A stretch of 64,000 nt of DNA from the human T2T-CHM13v2.0 reference genome, Homo sapiens. The stretch lies in NCBI RefSeq assembly GCF_009914755.1, contig NC_060939.1. The stretch is one strand, 5' to 3'. Under the pieces are notes generated by a model. That model was not told the DNA's origin. It was given only the letters and a program-made list of their open reading frames with translations, and did not search any database. This document shows positions 12,816 through 26,815 of the stretch, one piece after another (position 1 is the first letter of the stretch; each line of letters starts with the position of its first letter). The translations under genes were made by a program, and so were the position numbers.

Positions 12816-15480
12816 GGGGGGTTATCAAATGAATGATATGACAATTGTAACACATTTATTATTTGTCATTCAGCTTCTATAATTGATACAAAGGTAAAAC
12901 TGTTTAAGTGAACCCCCCCCTTACTTGCCATTCAAGAAATACAAATAAATTTTAAAGCAATGTTGGAAAATAGCAAAGGCTATTGAGTGCAAAGTGCTAA
13001 ACCTCAATGTGAAACTGAATTGTCAGTGGCATAAATGTGTCAAGGTGATGTGGCTTCTGGACACAGAGGAGGTCTTCTAGATGTTATTCCTGTGAAATGG
13101 GTGGTACAAAGAGGAAAAGCACGGCCTCAAATGTATGTATGTCAGTCTCCCTTGTCCTTTTCTCTCAGTACCATTGGTGAGCATTTGGACATTTCATTTA
13201 TTATGAGAGATACTTGTTATCTCAAATAAGAATATTTGTTATTGAAATTTTACTCAAAGTCCCCATATATCTGAAACTTTTTAAGAGAAATCAATCCATA
13301 AAATGTGCATAAATTATTCCATAAATATTTTAATGTCTTTGTTTCTTCTTGCTTCTCTCTGTTTATACTGTAAAATTAATAAATGCAGCATTTTAATGAG
13401 CTTTGACTGAATTATCTTCAGAGAGTTGGTACAATGTGTTCCTTGGAGACACATAACTGAAGTTCCTGGTTTCTGGAGGAAAGTCTGTTCCTCATTAGCT
13501 GGGACAGCTAAGAGCGTGCTTGCTTGAGAGAGCGGGAGCCACAGAACGAGCCCACCTGTGCCTCAACAGGACCAGGCAGCATCTCTGCCCTGCTGTGGAG
13601 TAACCCCAGGGTTTTCATTAAAAGTGTCAGACGGTTTCCCTGGAGCAACTGCTGATGGCGTGTCATGCTGGCATCTCTGGAGGAGCAGCGCTGACACCTA
13701 CTAATAGTCTGACAAACGGTTAAGTAGCTGTTTCAGCCTGGGTGGAGAAATCAAGCATGGTATACCTGAGCATTAAGCCAAAAGTATGTGGTCTCTTCTT
13801 GTTCACAGTTGCTGAAGAGGAAATGGTGTTGTTCTATGTTGGTAGGCTTTTCCCCAGCTAACTCCAGCCTCTTCCCCTGCAAACCACATGGCCAGCGTAA
13901 ACTGTCTTTAAATAAATAAGACTTTTTGTGGGTGCAGATGGATTTTTATGTTAGTTTGATTTTGACTCCCCAGCATCTAAAATCCCTTCCGTGTTTGAAT
14001 CATTTCCCATTGTATATTTTGAAGAAGAGGTCAGAGCCCACTTTCATTCACAGAAGCTACAAAGTCAGTATTCCCTTTATGAGTTCTGGCCTTTCAGGCC
14101 TGGGTACTTGGCTGTGTAAGACAGGCCCCGGAGGCCCTTGCATCGGTCTTGAGTGAGGCAAAGAAGCAGGAGTGGAGAATTCATATTGGAAGTGAATTGT
14201 GAGGGCAATATTCTGGGGAAGCAGAGGCCACAACAGACTTTTCCTGGTATGAGATATGGGCTGAGTTTCTTGTGCTTAAGTATTCTTTGGTTTATAGTGA
14301 TATTTTTTAGCCCGATTCTCCAGCCTTTGTAGGAATTCTGAATGCTGTTTGATATTATTTTAATAAATTTCTTTTCCGCTATATGTAGACAGGGACCATT
14401 TCCATTGTTTGCAATTGAAAACCCTCACTCCTTCCTTTATGTCTGTGGCTTGATCATTGTCTACTAGCAACTGAAATAGTAGCATTGACTTAAAAGCTTT
14501 GGCGAGGAATCTAAGTGTCCAGGCCACTAGTCAGTTGAGTGGAATCTCCTGTTTAATACTATTCATCGCCCATGCGTCTGCTCTTCTCCTCCTCCCTTTT
14601 TAAACAATAATCTTCATACAGGCTCCTGCAAGTATCAGTATCTCTATTGATGTGCTGTACCTCAGAGCGCCTGGTTATTAAGCGAATTAGATGGAGGTTC
14701 AGTGACCCGAATGGTAGGCCAGCAGGTCAAGAGGCCTGAGCACTCTCTGGCTTAGGCCCTGGCCTGGGACTCCTTGGCCATTTGTTGGAACAGCGTCTGT
14801 CCTTGTGCCCCCAATTAATTTAGCAAGCGCTGCTTTGTAAAGTGCCAGTGTGCTGCAGACGCCGGCAATGCGTTAATGTCCTACGGACATTACGGAGCCA
14901 TTCGTTCTTTCCCTGACAGTTCCAATTCCAGATCCTTCCGCCAAACACAGCAAAAGGGAAGTGAGTTTTTTGCTTGGTAACACTGTAGGTCTAACTTTGG
15001 ATCTGGAAATTTCTTAGGTTTTTTGGTGTGCAAATATGGGAGATAGCGTAGAAAGAGGAGAGGTGAGAAGTGAAAGATGAGCTTAATTTTTTTTTGTTAA
15101 GTTAAAAACTCTGACCTTTATTGAGTTATACTTTTTTTGTTTGTTTTATGACACCAGAAATGTAGCTCGTGTATTCTCATAACGTACTGAGTATACAGGA
15201 TCATGAGTGTTTGTGACCATTTGCTCAGGAGCAGAGCTTAACTCCTAAGGAGCCATTTTTACACTTTTTCTCACTTCCTCTTACAGCCATGTAGAAGCCT
15301 GTAAGTTACAGGTTTCCAGTTATAGAATAGTAATTATGCAGATTGACTTAGAATTTAGGAAGGAAACAGAGATGAACTTCATTTTAAAAACAAAGAAATG
15401 GGCTCTCATGCCAAATGGATTCCCACTCCTGTGAAATGTGTATGTGTGGCCGCTGGCTTTCAAGGCCTGGTCTTGGGTGG

Positions 15481-15834
15481 TGTGTTAGTCTCTTTTCACG
15501 TTGCTGATAAATACATACCTGAGGCTGGGTAATTTATAAAAGAGGGTTAATGGACTCACAGTTCCACGTGGCTGGGGAGGCCTCACAATCGTAGCAGAAG
15601 GCGAGTCACGTCTTACACGGCATCAGGCAAAAGAGAATGAGAGCCAAGTGAAAGAAAAACCACTTATAAAACCATCAGATCTCATGAGACTTATTCTCTA
15701 CCATGAGAACAGTATGGGGGAAACCGCCCCCATGATTCAATTATCTCCCACCAGGTCCTTCCCACGACACATGGGAATTATGGGAGCTACAATTCAAGAT
15801 GATATTTGGGTGGGGACACAACCAGACCGTATCA
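15481..15834 (-). mobile_element. Solo THE1 LTR (THE1B/C-like, MaLR)
   Basis: tgtgttagtc...ggactcacagttccacgtggctggggaggcctcacaatc...ggggacacaaccagaccgtatca; TSD ggtgg/ggcgg. Confidence 0.92.
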
Positions 15835-16056
15835 GGCGGTGTGTTTGTTCTAACCCGTTGAGTATTGCTAAAGGTACAACACTTGTAGCCTCTGCCTGTC
15901 TCCTGGATTCCCACACAGGGCCTCCATGACTCATTGGAAAAGCAGTCTTGCCTTCCCTCTTTCAGCAAGCACAACTTTATCTGACTCTTGTTCACATTGC
16001 CCTTGTCCCTTTCGAGATTCACTTGTCTTTGACCGATGTGTATGTTATCTTTCCAG

Positions 16057-16159
16057 GGAAGAGTGACCCATTTTGCTTGTTGGAGTTAGGCAATGACCGA
16101 CTTCAGACGCATACCGTCTACAAAAACCTCAACCCTGAATGGAACAAAGTTTTTACATT
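16057..16159 (+). CDS. MCTP2: MCTP2 coding exon B: (G)[33 protein letters not shown](F)
   Basis: ttccAG acceptor, TT|gtaagt donor; 103 nt (phase 1 to 2); C2 motifs KSDPF and KNLNPEWN. Confidence 0.97.
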
Positions 16160-17457
16160 GTAAGTGCTTTAGCCTCTGGAATTATTTCTGCTGTGCTTGG
16201 AAGGTAGTCTGGGGCTCTTGAGTGGAATTTTCTGTCCATTTTTATGGGCAAAGAGTAAATTTTATTGTTTTTTTCTTTTGAAAACCTTGTATCCTTTCAT
16301 TTTTATAGAGTGTGGTGTTAATAATAGAAGAGACCATTTGGAACTGCAAGGGACTTTTATAGGAGGCATTTGTAAAGTAGATCTTTTAGTGACTAAATTA
16401 ATCTATGAATAAATGGAAGCTTCCATATTTCTAGGTTAATTCATTCGTGGGTTAAGGAAATGGAGACCTGCCTTAAATTCAGTGATCTTATGTGTTCTAA
16501 GATCTGCCAAAATCTTTAGGAAAATACAGATTATCTGTGACTCCTTAGAGACCCCCAAAGGCTCCTTATATTCCAGTTTATCTGAGCGACCCATCCCATA
16601 GTGATTCTCTGCCCACACTATCAAACCTGGGCATTTAGGAGGCTGGATAGATTTAAGATCTTAGTTTGCTTCAGATTTCAAGGCACCTGAACATTGAGGG
16701 GAGGCCCTGTTGAATTTGGGTAAAATGGTGACATACTGTCCCTACGAAGCTAAATCAATGCTCTGTCTGTGCTTATAAGTGAAAAAATAAAGTTCATTTT
16801 GAGTAGAGTTAATGCTATTAGCAGAAAGTTCCCAAGGATCTATGAAAAGTGGATTAACTCTGCTAAACACTTTTGCCAATGGCCAGATATAAGAGTCTCT
16901 TGTTTCCCTAACACGTTGCCAATGGCCATGGCTCCATTTTTCATTGTCCCTGGTATCTGGCTTCTGGTCAATATTAAAATATGTATATTTTTAGTATTTT
17001 GTGTTTCAACAACAGAGGGTTTCTAAGCATTTCAGGAAATAGTGATTTTTCACCACCATTTTATTTTAAAGGTAATTCTTAATTTTAAAAAATGTTAACT
17101 CCTTTCATTTGGAAGCTTTTTAAAAATTACTTTGGTTGGACACTCTGCTAATGCTTTCTCCCTATCTCCTTCTTTATTTTGTTTCTTTGAAAGTCCTACC
17201 CTTGAGTGCAGGTATACTGTTTGAAAAATGTCATAGTAAAAAAGTTGACTTCTTTTTTTCATATGGATGTCTGAATCTTCTATGATGGAAGGTTTGGGAA
17301 TACAGTCAGTTTGATTTAATTTTTGGAATTTAATTAAATGGTAGGTTTATACTCTAAGGACATACAGACTTAATTAGTGAAACAGTGTTTCCAGATCTTC
17401 ATGGAACAGACTTCACTTGTGTGTTTTTGTGTATAATACATGGTATTTTTGTTACAG

Positions 17458-17560
17458 TCCCATTAAAGATATCCATGATGTTTTGGAAGTGACAGTGTTT
17501 GATGAAGATGGAGATAAACCCCCAGATTTTCTTGGAAAAGTTGCCATTCCCTTGCTGTCC
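17458..17560 (+). CDS. MCTP2: MCTP2 coding exon C: (F)[34 protein letters not shown]
   Basis: ttacAG acceptor, TCC|gtaagt donor; 103 nt (phase 2 to 0); C2 motif VFDED...DFLG; not in the ORF track, read manually. Confidence 0.97.
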
Positions 17561-19120
17561 GTAAGTTTCCTTTATTAATAAACAATTTGTGAGTCATTTT
17601 ATAGTTGATGAGTTTCTATGGTCTAGAGTTGCTTTATCTTTGTCAACCTGGGGGAAAAAAATCCTCCTAACTATAGCAGGAAACGACTGTTTTATTCCTC
17701 ATTCTTTTCCGGTATTTTCAGTAGTTTCAGATATAAAGGGATGTAATTTTTTTCTGTTTCAGTCCAATATTGACGTAACCAACCAAAACATTTTGACCAG
17801 TTTTTCAATTCATTTTCAGTCTTCCCAACTTAAGATAGGAATTTGTCTTTGGTTACAAGGAATATAGATGAATGACTGATTTTCTATTTATTAATGAAAA
17901 ACACACATGTATTTCTTTATAGCTCCTTACTGTACATTTCTTCAAAGATTAATTGTTGGTAACTGCACATTTGTTCTCAATTCTTTTAAAGACCATTTTC
18001 CCAAAAGTTCTATTTGTCTTTTTAGCAGTCATGTTTGCTTTTGGTCTCAAAATTTAAAAATGCTTTGTGGAAGAAAGCAGAGGGCCTTTCTTGGAGAAGG
18101 AAAAGAGTTTTCGCAGTCCAGCTATAAGATAATGCACCAGGGTCCGTGAAGGAAAAAATACTTACAAAATTCAGAAGAGAAAGCACCAAAGAATGCCTTT
18201 ACATGGGTCGGGGGGAAGCTGGGGAGTGAATTCATCTCTTAATTAGACAGTGATATATGTACCAAACATACTCTTTGAGAAGAGAGAATTCCAGTTTTTC
18301 ATCCAACCATTAACACAGTTTGTTTTAGGCTTATTATGGCTTTATCAGCCAATGAGACTTTATTCTTCCCAAAGACTTATTTTTTCCAAGCTATCTGTGG
18401 ATTTTTGTGGATGGAGCACTCCGTAATTTAACCATGAGATTAGCCTAACTCACTTGATGTTTACAGAGGGAGGAATGCCGTACTTCTTACTATCTTTTCT
18501 TCTGTGTTTGTGCACTTGGATAATTTCTCCCCGAGTTCTCATATCCCTGATGTTACTCGGAGAGCCTGTCTGCAGCATCTGCTCCCTGGTACGGCTGGCT
18601 CCTGCCACATGCTCTGAGCCATCGGCACCAGCCGAGCAGCTCTCAGAGAGGAGATGGCAATTTGGGATTTCCCCCCCTTTTTTTTTCATTACAACTTTGT
18701 CAGTTATTCCCATGAGAATACATGTAACCAGAATGTGGGGGACACTTTAGAGAGGTCTGGGGGACTCAAAGCAAAGACTCTCCTTGACAGTTTTCTCATT
18801 TCACTTTTTTTATTCCTTGCTTGGTGAACATGACTTAAAAACAAAACAAAACAAAACAAAACAACTCCCCTCTGTTTTGTACCTAAAAGTTTTGTGTGTT
18901 TGGTCTTTCTGTACTACCAACAACTGACTTAGCTCGCCTGCCTGCCTTCCTTTCCCCAAACCCTTACCCGATTCTGTCTTTCTCTTCTTCCCTCCTTGTA
19001 GCCAACCTAAAAAAAAGTCAAAGTGTGTGGTGGCTGGCATTTAAAGTAGGCTTTCCCAAAACATTCTACCTCGTATTTTGAAGGATCTGGTTTGTGAAAA
19101 GCATTAGCATAGGTTACTGG

Positions 19121-19216
19121 TTCTTCCTTTTTCTCTCCTTCCTCTCCTCCCTTCCTCCTTCCTCCTTCCTCCTTCCCCCCTTCCTCCTTTCCTTCCTCCC
19201 TCTCTCCTTCCTTCCC
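19121..19216. repeat. CT-rich low-complexity tract
   Basis: Homopyrimidine (cctt/cctc)n run. Confidence 0.85.
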
Positions 19217-19248
19217 TAGAAGATCTAAGAAGTTACCTCCAGCTTAAT

Positions 19249-19469
19249 CAGGGTTTCTCAGTCTTGGCACTATTGATATTTGGGGCCAGGACATTCTTTG
19301 TCATATGGAGCTGCCCTGTGCATCGTAGCATGTCCAGCCGTCTCCCTGACCTCTACACACTAGATAACAGTAACGCCTGCCCACATCCCTGCTGTGACAG
19401 CCAAATATGTATGTGGATGTTGCCAGATATTCTGAGGGGGTAGAGATCACTTCCAGTCAAGAACCGCTG
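19249..19469 (-). mobile_element. MER20 (hAT-Charlie DNA transposon)
   Basis: Termini cagggtttctca ... gaaccgctg; internal ggcactattgatatttggggcc and ctctacacactagata match reverse MER20. Confidence 0.85.
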
Positions 19470-19607
19470 ACCTAAACTAATGCATTTTTCAAAACATATC
19501 TTTCAAAATACAAGGTAGAATGTCTCAGGAATGACCTGGCTTAAATGCAAGGAGTCCTCGATTGGGACTTTTTTCAGATTGGTCATAAGCTGCCTTATGA
19601 TCTGTTG

Positions 19608-20190
19608 TTCATTCGTTTGTTCCACAAATATTCATCAAGTGTCCACTTGGTGCCAGGCAGTGCTTTAGGTGATAGAGCTCTAACAATGACCAGAGGGAGG
19701 CTCCCTCCTCTCTTGGAGCTTTTGTTATAGTAGCAGGAAACAATGCATAAACAAAACAAAAGCAATATACAGAATGTTAGATGGTGAAAAGTAAAGAGGG
19801 AGAGGGTTGCTGGGAATATGTGTGGGGAAGGGCACTTTTTTCCAGCTGCTAGCCAGGGAGGGCCTCATGGAAAAAGGGGCATTTGAGTGGGAACGTAAGG
19901 AGGTGAGGGAGAGAGCCATGTGGATATCTGAGAAATCCCTCCCAGGCAGGAAATTCTCAAGTTCAAGGGCTGTGAGGCAGGACCTTGACTGTCAAATTCC
20001 AGCAATGGCCGGGCAGCCAGTATAGATTGATCAAGTGTGCCTGTGGCGAACAGGAAAGGACACAGAGGTAGGGTGGAGCTGGAGAGGACCCTGGAGGATG
20101 TGAAAGTGAAAAAGGTTGAAGTACTTTGGCATTTTCATCGTGGGGGATGGGAAACCACGAAGAGTTTCAGGCCAGGAAGTGCTTGATTTG
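19608..20190 (-). mobile_element. L2 3' fragment
   Basis: ttcattcg...acaaatattcatcaagtgtccacttggtgccaggcagtgct resembles the reverse L2 3' end; boundaries approximate. Confidence 0.6.
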
Positions 20191-20719
20191 TTCCACATTA
20201 TGTGTTTGTTTCTAATATAAAAGTGCTGTGTACATCCAGGAATAACCCCTGATCTGCAAGGTCTCTACCTTGTAAAATAGCACAGCCTGGGCCATTCCTT
20301 TCAGGGACTTCGGGGGACCCTGGCATGGTGCACTCAGTAAGATGCTTCGGCTGCTGCTGTTCACTCTGTTTCAATCCAGATTCATTTCCAATTCCTGACT
20401 GATAAATTGGGGAAGTGATCATATCTTCTAGTGCATCTGTGTGGGCTCTCCCTGAAATTCAGTGGTCCACCTGCAACATTCCCTCTCCAAATGAATTGAT
20501 TCTCTATCTAATATTAGATATAAATATGATCTTAAAATTGCTGTAACCCTCAATTTAACTGGCAAAGTATAAGCTGTAAGTTGTTTCATGGATCATTCTA
20601 TTTTCAAATAATTCTAACTTGTGATTTAGAGGATGTGTTTTAACCTACTTATTTAGATCTAGTTTTTTTTTCTTTAATCTCTCTTGAGTGATGCTTACAA
20701 TAGAATAGTGAACTAGCAA

Positions 20720-20905
20720 GTTCTGTGCCTTACACTTGGCATGTGCTGAACCATCAGTTCTCTAAGGACTGGATGAGGCAGCCTTTATTATTATGCCCAT
20801 TTACAAATAAGGATACTGAAGCACCGAAAGGATCCTGTAGCTAGTAAGTAATAGAGACAGGATTTGAATTTAGGTGGTCTCATACTAAAGCCTGAGCTCC
20901 TAAGA
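20720..20905 (-). mobile_element. MIR
   Basis: Core tattatgcccatttacaaataaggatactgaagcac...ggatttgaatttagg. Confidence 0.65.
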
Positions 20906-22081
20906 GTTTGTTATATTGCCACAGTGAGTAATTATTAAGTATATATCATCTCCAAAGCAAGAATCAAGAGGCTATTTTGTGTAACCACTGTGCTATGTGC
21001 CGTCAGGGTCGGGGTTGGGGGGTGGCAGGAGGGACACAGACTTGAAGAGTTGGGTAACTTGCAGGAAGGCACCTGTGCAATAAACACGTAAGACCCAAAT
21101 AAACATATAAGTCTCACAGGAACGAGAAAGGGCAGTGGGAAGTAGGACGGATGGGTTTAAGTTTAGGAAGACTTAGGAAGTGTAGGGAGTTTGAGCTGGG
21201 TCAGGGGTGAGTGGCGTGTTGATAGTGTGTGGCAGGTGAAGTGAAGAATGAAGGACATTCCAAACAGAGGGTCCAGGAATGAGGGGAGCAGAGGTGTAGG
21301 GGAAAGGCCGTGTCTGGGAATGAGGAGGGGCCTGGCTTCTGGGAGCTCAGGGTGGGCATGGAGGGGAAGTGGGACACACTGAGGGCAGCCCAGGAAAGGT
21401 TGAGGGAGGTCTCGGTTACTGTTTTAGCAGGGAGCCACTGAAGATTTTTGACCTGGAGGTAGAGATATTGGAGCAGTTGACTAGGAAGAAAGTTTCGGCT
21501 CTAGTATGAAGCAAATTAGTGAGAGAGAAGACTCTTCCCAGAAGACTTGGTTCAAATTCTGAGAATTAAGCATCAAAGGACACCCTTAGATTTCATATTG
21601 TGTGCTTCTTTAGGAGAAGGACTTGTTTCTCTGTTTTTTTGTTTTGTTTTGTTTTTTAACGTGAGCAAGAATCATAAAAATTGATTTGTTGGTGTTTCTC
21701 TCTGATCTTTATAGGCAGTGGAGCCATAATAATACCTTATTTTAGGTTTAAAAACAGAAAAAACAGAAATTGTATTTCTTGAAGAGGAATGTGAATAATT
21801 TTTTTGAGAATTCATTTTCTCTAATCAAGTTATAAACCGTAACTTGATTTACACTTTTAGAGAAAATGCAAACTATATTTTTAAATGTCTAAGTATAAAG
21901 TATGGAATATACTTCAACTTTTAATCTCACTCAAAATGGTAATGTGCTAAGTGCATTTAAGCCTGTTAAATGAAGAGCCTGTTCCAAATTCACTATATCT
22001 TTTTAATCAAGGTGAATGTGCTGACTACTGACTCATTTAAAATCCATATAAATATATTCATTATTGATGGTGAATGTTCAA

Positions 22082-22084
<3 letters not shown>

Positions 22085-22165
<81 letters not shown>
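22085..22165. repeat. (TA)n microsatellite
   Basis: About 40 units with two TG interruptions. Confidence 0.97.
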
Positions 22166-22166
<1 letters not shown>

Positions 22167-22705
22167 TTAGATGTTTATCATAATTGAAAGAATACAGGCC
22201 AATGGGCTATCCTTCCATATATTTCATTTGTCTTCAATCTTTTTCAGAAAAATAGTTCTTTATATAGATATAGAATACTTTTTAATAAAATATTCATGGT
22301 TAAAAACAGTAGAAAATTGAGATTGGAATGCGTTATAATCTGAAGACTTCTAATATTTGCTCATTTTCACATTGCTCCTTTAATCTTCTAATCAGTAACA
22401 CAATAAGTGTGCATTGGAAAACTCTAAGCACACTTCAGAGTCTTAAAACATGTCAGGCAGTAGACACGATCTTCTGATAATTCACTGACTCAATAGACTT
22501 ATTTAATATTTTTATCCTTAATTAAGTGATCTTAATTCTGTCCTGAAAATCAGGCTGGATTCTTCTCCAGGCCATTCCTTTTTATTGAATCACACATTTA
22601 CCCTTTCAAAATTACCCAATGGACCCATTTCAGAAGACTGAAAATCAGCTTTCATGGTAATCTGTAAAACAGGAAAAGCATGCATATATTGGTATTTCCT
22701 AATAA

Positions 22706-23101
<396 letters not shown>

Positions 23102-24122
23102 TGAGCCAGGCCAATGTCACAAATGACTGTATAATCAGAAGCATGGGTCTTTATACTGTCCTTCTAAATTCCCAGTGTTCTCGGTGAATCCATGTACACC
23201 CGATAGCTGGCTGCACCAATAACAGCTTCACTTAATTGATTTACTGGGACAAATTTTCTATAATGGCTTGTACCAAATAAATGCCATGTGTATCTCCATT
23301 TGCATTTTCAATTAACTCTATTGCCCAAGTTTCACCTGTGATGGGTTTGTGCTTTGAAATGGACTTGAACAGTCATAGGTTGTTTTAGGTTAATACAGAA
23401 ATTTTTGCCCATTAAAGTAAATAATATTGATTTATAATTAAGCTTTAAAAAAAGTAAATCTGTTGCCAAGGTTTGGTTTTCCAGGGCATAGATTTGGTTG
23501 GCAAATTCCATGTAAGTCAAGTTGGTGCCGTAGGGTAGAGGGGCAGTGTGCATAGGTGAAAAGGAGAGAGGGATGTATCACCTGGGAAATTATTTGATAA
23601 ACACAAAACTTGAGTCCCAAGTGGGGCGAAAATGGTCACTTTGAACGGAAATTTCACCTCTTCTCATTGTCTACTCCTGGTCCAATGTAACCATTGAAAT
23701 AAATAAATGAAGACAAAATAACGCAAATTTCCTATTGGTTCTAGAAACTAGGAAAGAATACCTTTAACATGCTGGAGAGATCCTGAACCCCATGTAGTAG
23801 ACAGTCTAGGTGTTTGATTAGAACAGACAGGCTAAGAGAGAAAGAATGACTGTAGGAGTCTCCTGATGGCAAGTAGAAAGCTGGGTGAATCACACGTGGT
23901 AGATGTTAAATCAGTTCAACTTTTCTATTAAGTGGAAAAACCTCTTACATGGATTCAAAGAGTAAAATCTAATTGCTGCTTCTTTGAGACACCTAAAACA
24001 CAGTAATACACAAACGGATGAACAAAAGTATCCTACACAAATGTAAGTAAAAGGTAGGTCAGAAACTCGATACAGGTTTTAGGGGTAAAAAAAAGATTGA
24101 ATTAACAATAAGGTTATTATAA

Positions 24123-24464
<342 letters not shown>

Positions 24465-24565
24465 TCATACAAATATATGTGCATATTAAAACAGGGAAAA
24501 ATAATAAAACTAGAATTGTCAAATGATATATATTATGTATTCAGCATTTTAAAAAATCAGAAACA

Positions 24566-24905
<340 letters not shown>

Positions 24906-25149
24906 CTATTCCCTCTATTTTCTCATCTTTAAATTGATAATAGTTCCTATTGCATAGGATTGTTTGGAAAATCTAATGAGCTTCTATGTTTATGAATTAA
25001 CAATTAAAAATTAAGCCTTTTATGTCCGTTTTGAGCAATACAAAATTGTAACAAATATGAAATTATGCACATTTTAATAAAGGAAATATTTGCAAATACT
25101 ATCTGATAATATATTATCTTTGAATAATAATATGTATTATCTATGAACA

Positions 25150-26105
<956 letters not shown>

Positions 26106-26164
26106 TGTAAAAAACGTGGTAGCTGAACACGTATGAATGGCTCATGATTTATTCAATTATGATC

Positions 26165-26420
26165 ATGATGGTCGAGAATGTAAATGCTATAGCCAGACCA
26201 CCTAGGTTGACACCCTGACTCCCCCTTTAAACTGGCTGTGTGATTTTTAACATTACTTAACTTATCTTATCTGTCTGCATTTCTTTGTTGCTGAAGTGAA
26301 GATAAGTATCCTTCTGCTTGTATTGGAGGTGTATGGTGAAGATCAGAGTTGTTAAGTATGAGGTGGGCACAACATTCCCCGGCACACAGTGAGCACTTAT
26401 AGTGTAAGCTGGCATTATTT
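26165..26420 (+). mobile_element. MIR
   Basis: ctggctgtgtga...ttacttaac...cggcacacagtgagcactta MIR landmarks. Confidence 0.6.
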
Positions 26421-26516
26421 TCATCTGCATTGTTTTAGCAATTGAAATGATCAAATACGAATATGCCTTAAAAACTTCATATGAGTGTTTGTTTAAAAAT
26501 GTTACATTAACATTGT

Positions 26517-26815
26517 GACTGGGTGCAGTGGCTCACACCTGTAATCACAGCACTTTGGGAGGCTGAGGCGGGTGGATCACGAGGTCAGGAGATCGAGACC
26601 ATCCTGGCTAACATGGTGAAACCCTGTTTCTACTAAAAATACAAAAAATTAGCTAGGTGTGGTGGCATGTGCCTGTAGTCCTAGCTACTCAGGAGGCTGA
26701 GGCAGCAGAATCACTTGAACCTGGGAGGCAGAGGTTGCAGTGAACCAAGATCACGCCACTGCACTCCAGCCTGGGCGACAGGGTGAGACTCCATCTCAAA
26801 GAAAGAAAAAAAAAA
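26517..26815 (+). mobile_element. AluSc-like
   Basis: ggatcacgaggtcaggagatcgagaccatcctggctaac; TSD gtta(c/t)attaacattgt. Confidence 0.93.

Noticed and set aside
21006-21033. G-quadruplex-like GGG-tc-GGGG-tt-GGGGGG...GGG
   Set aside because: Last loop is long, isolated intronic context; such motifs are common
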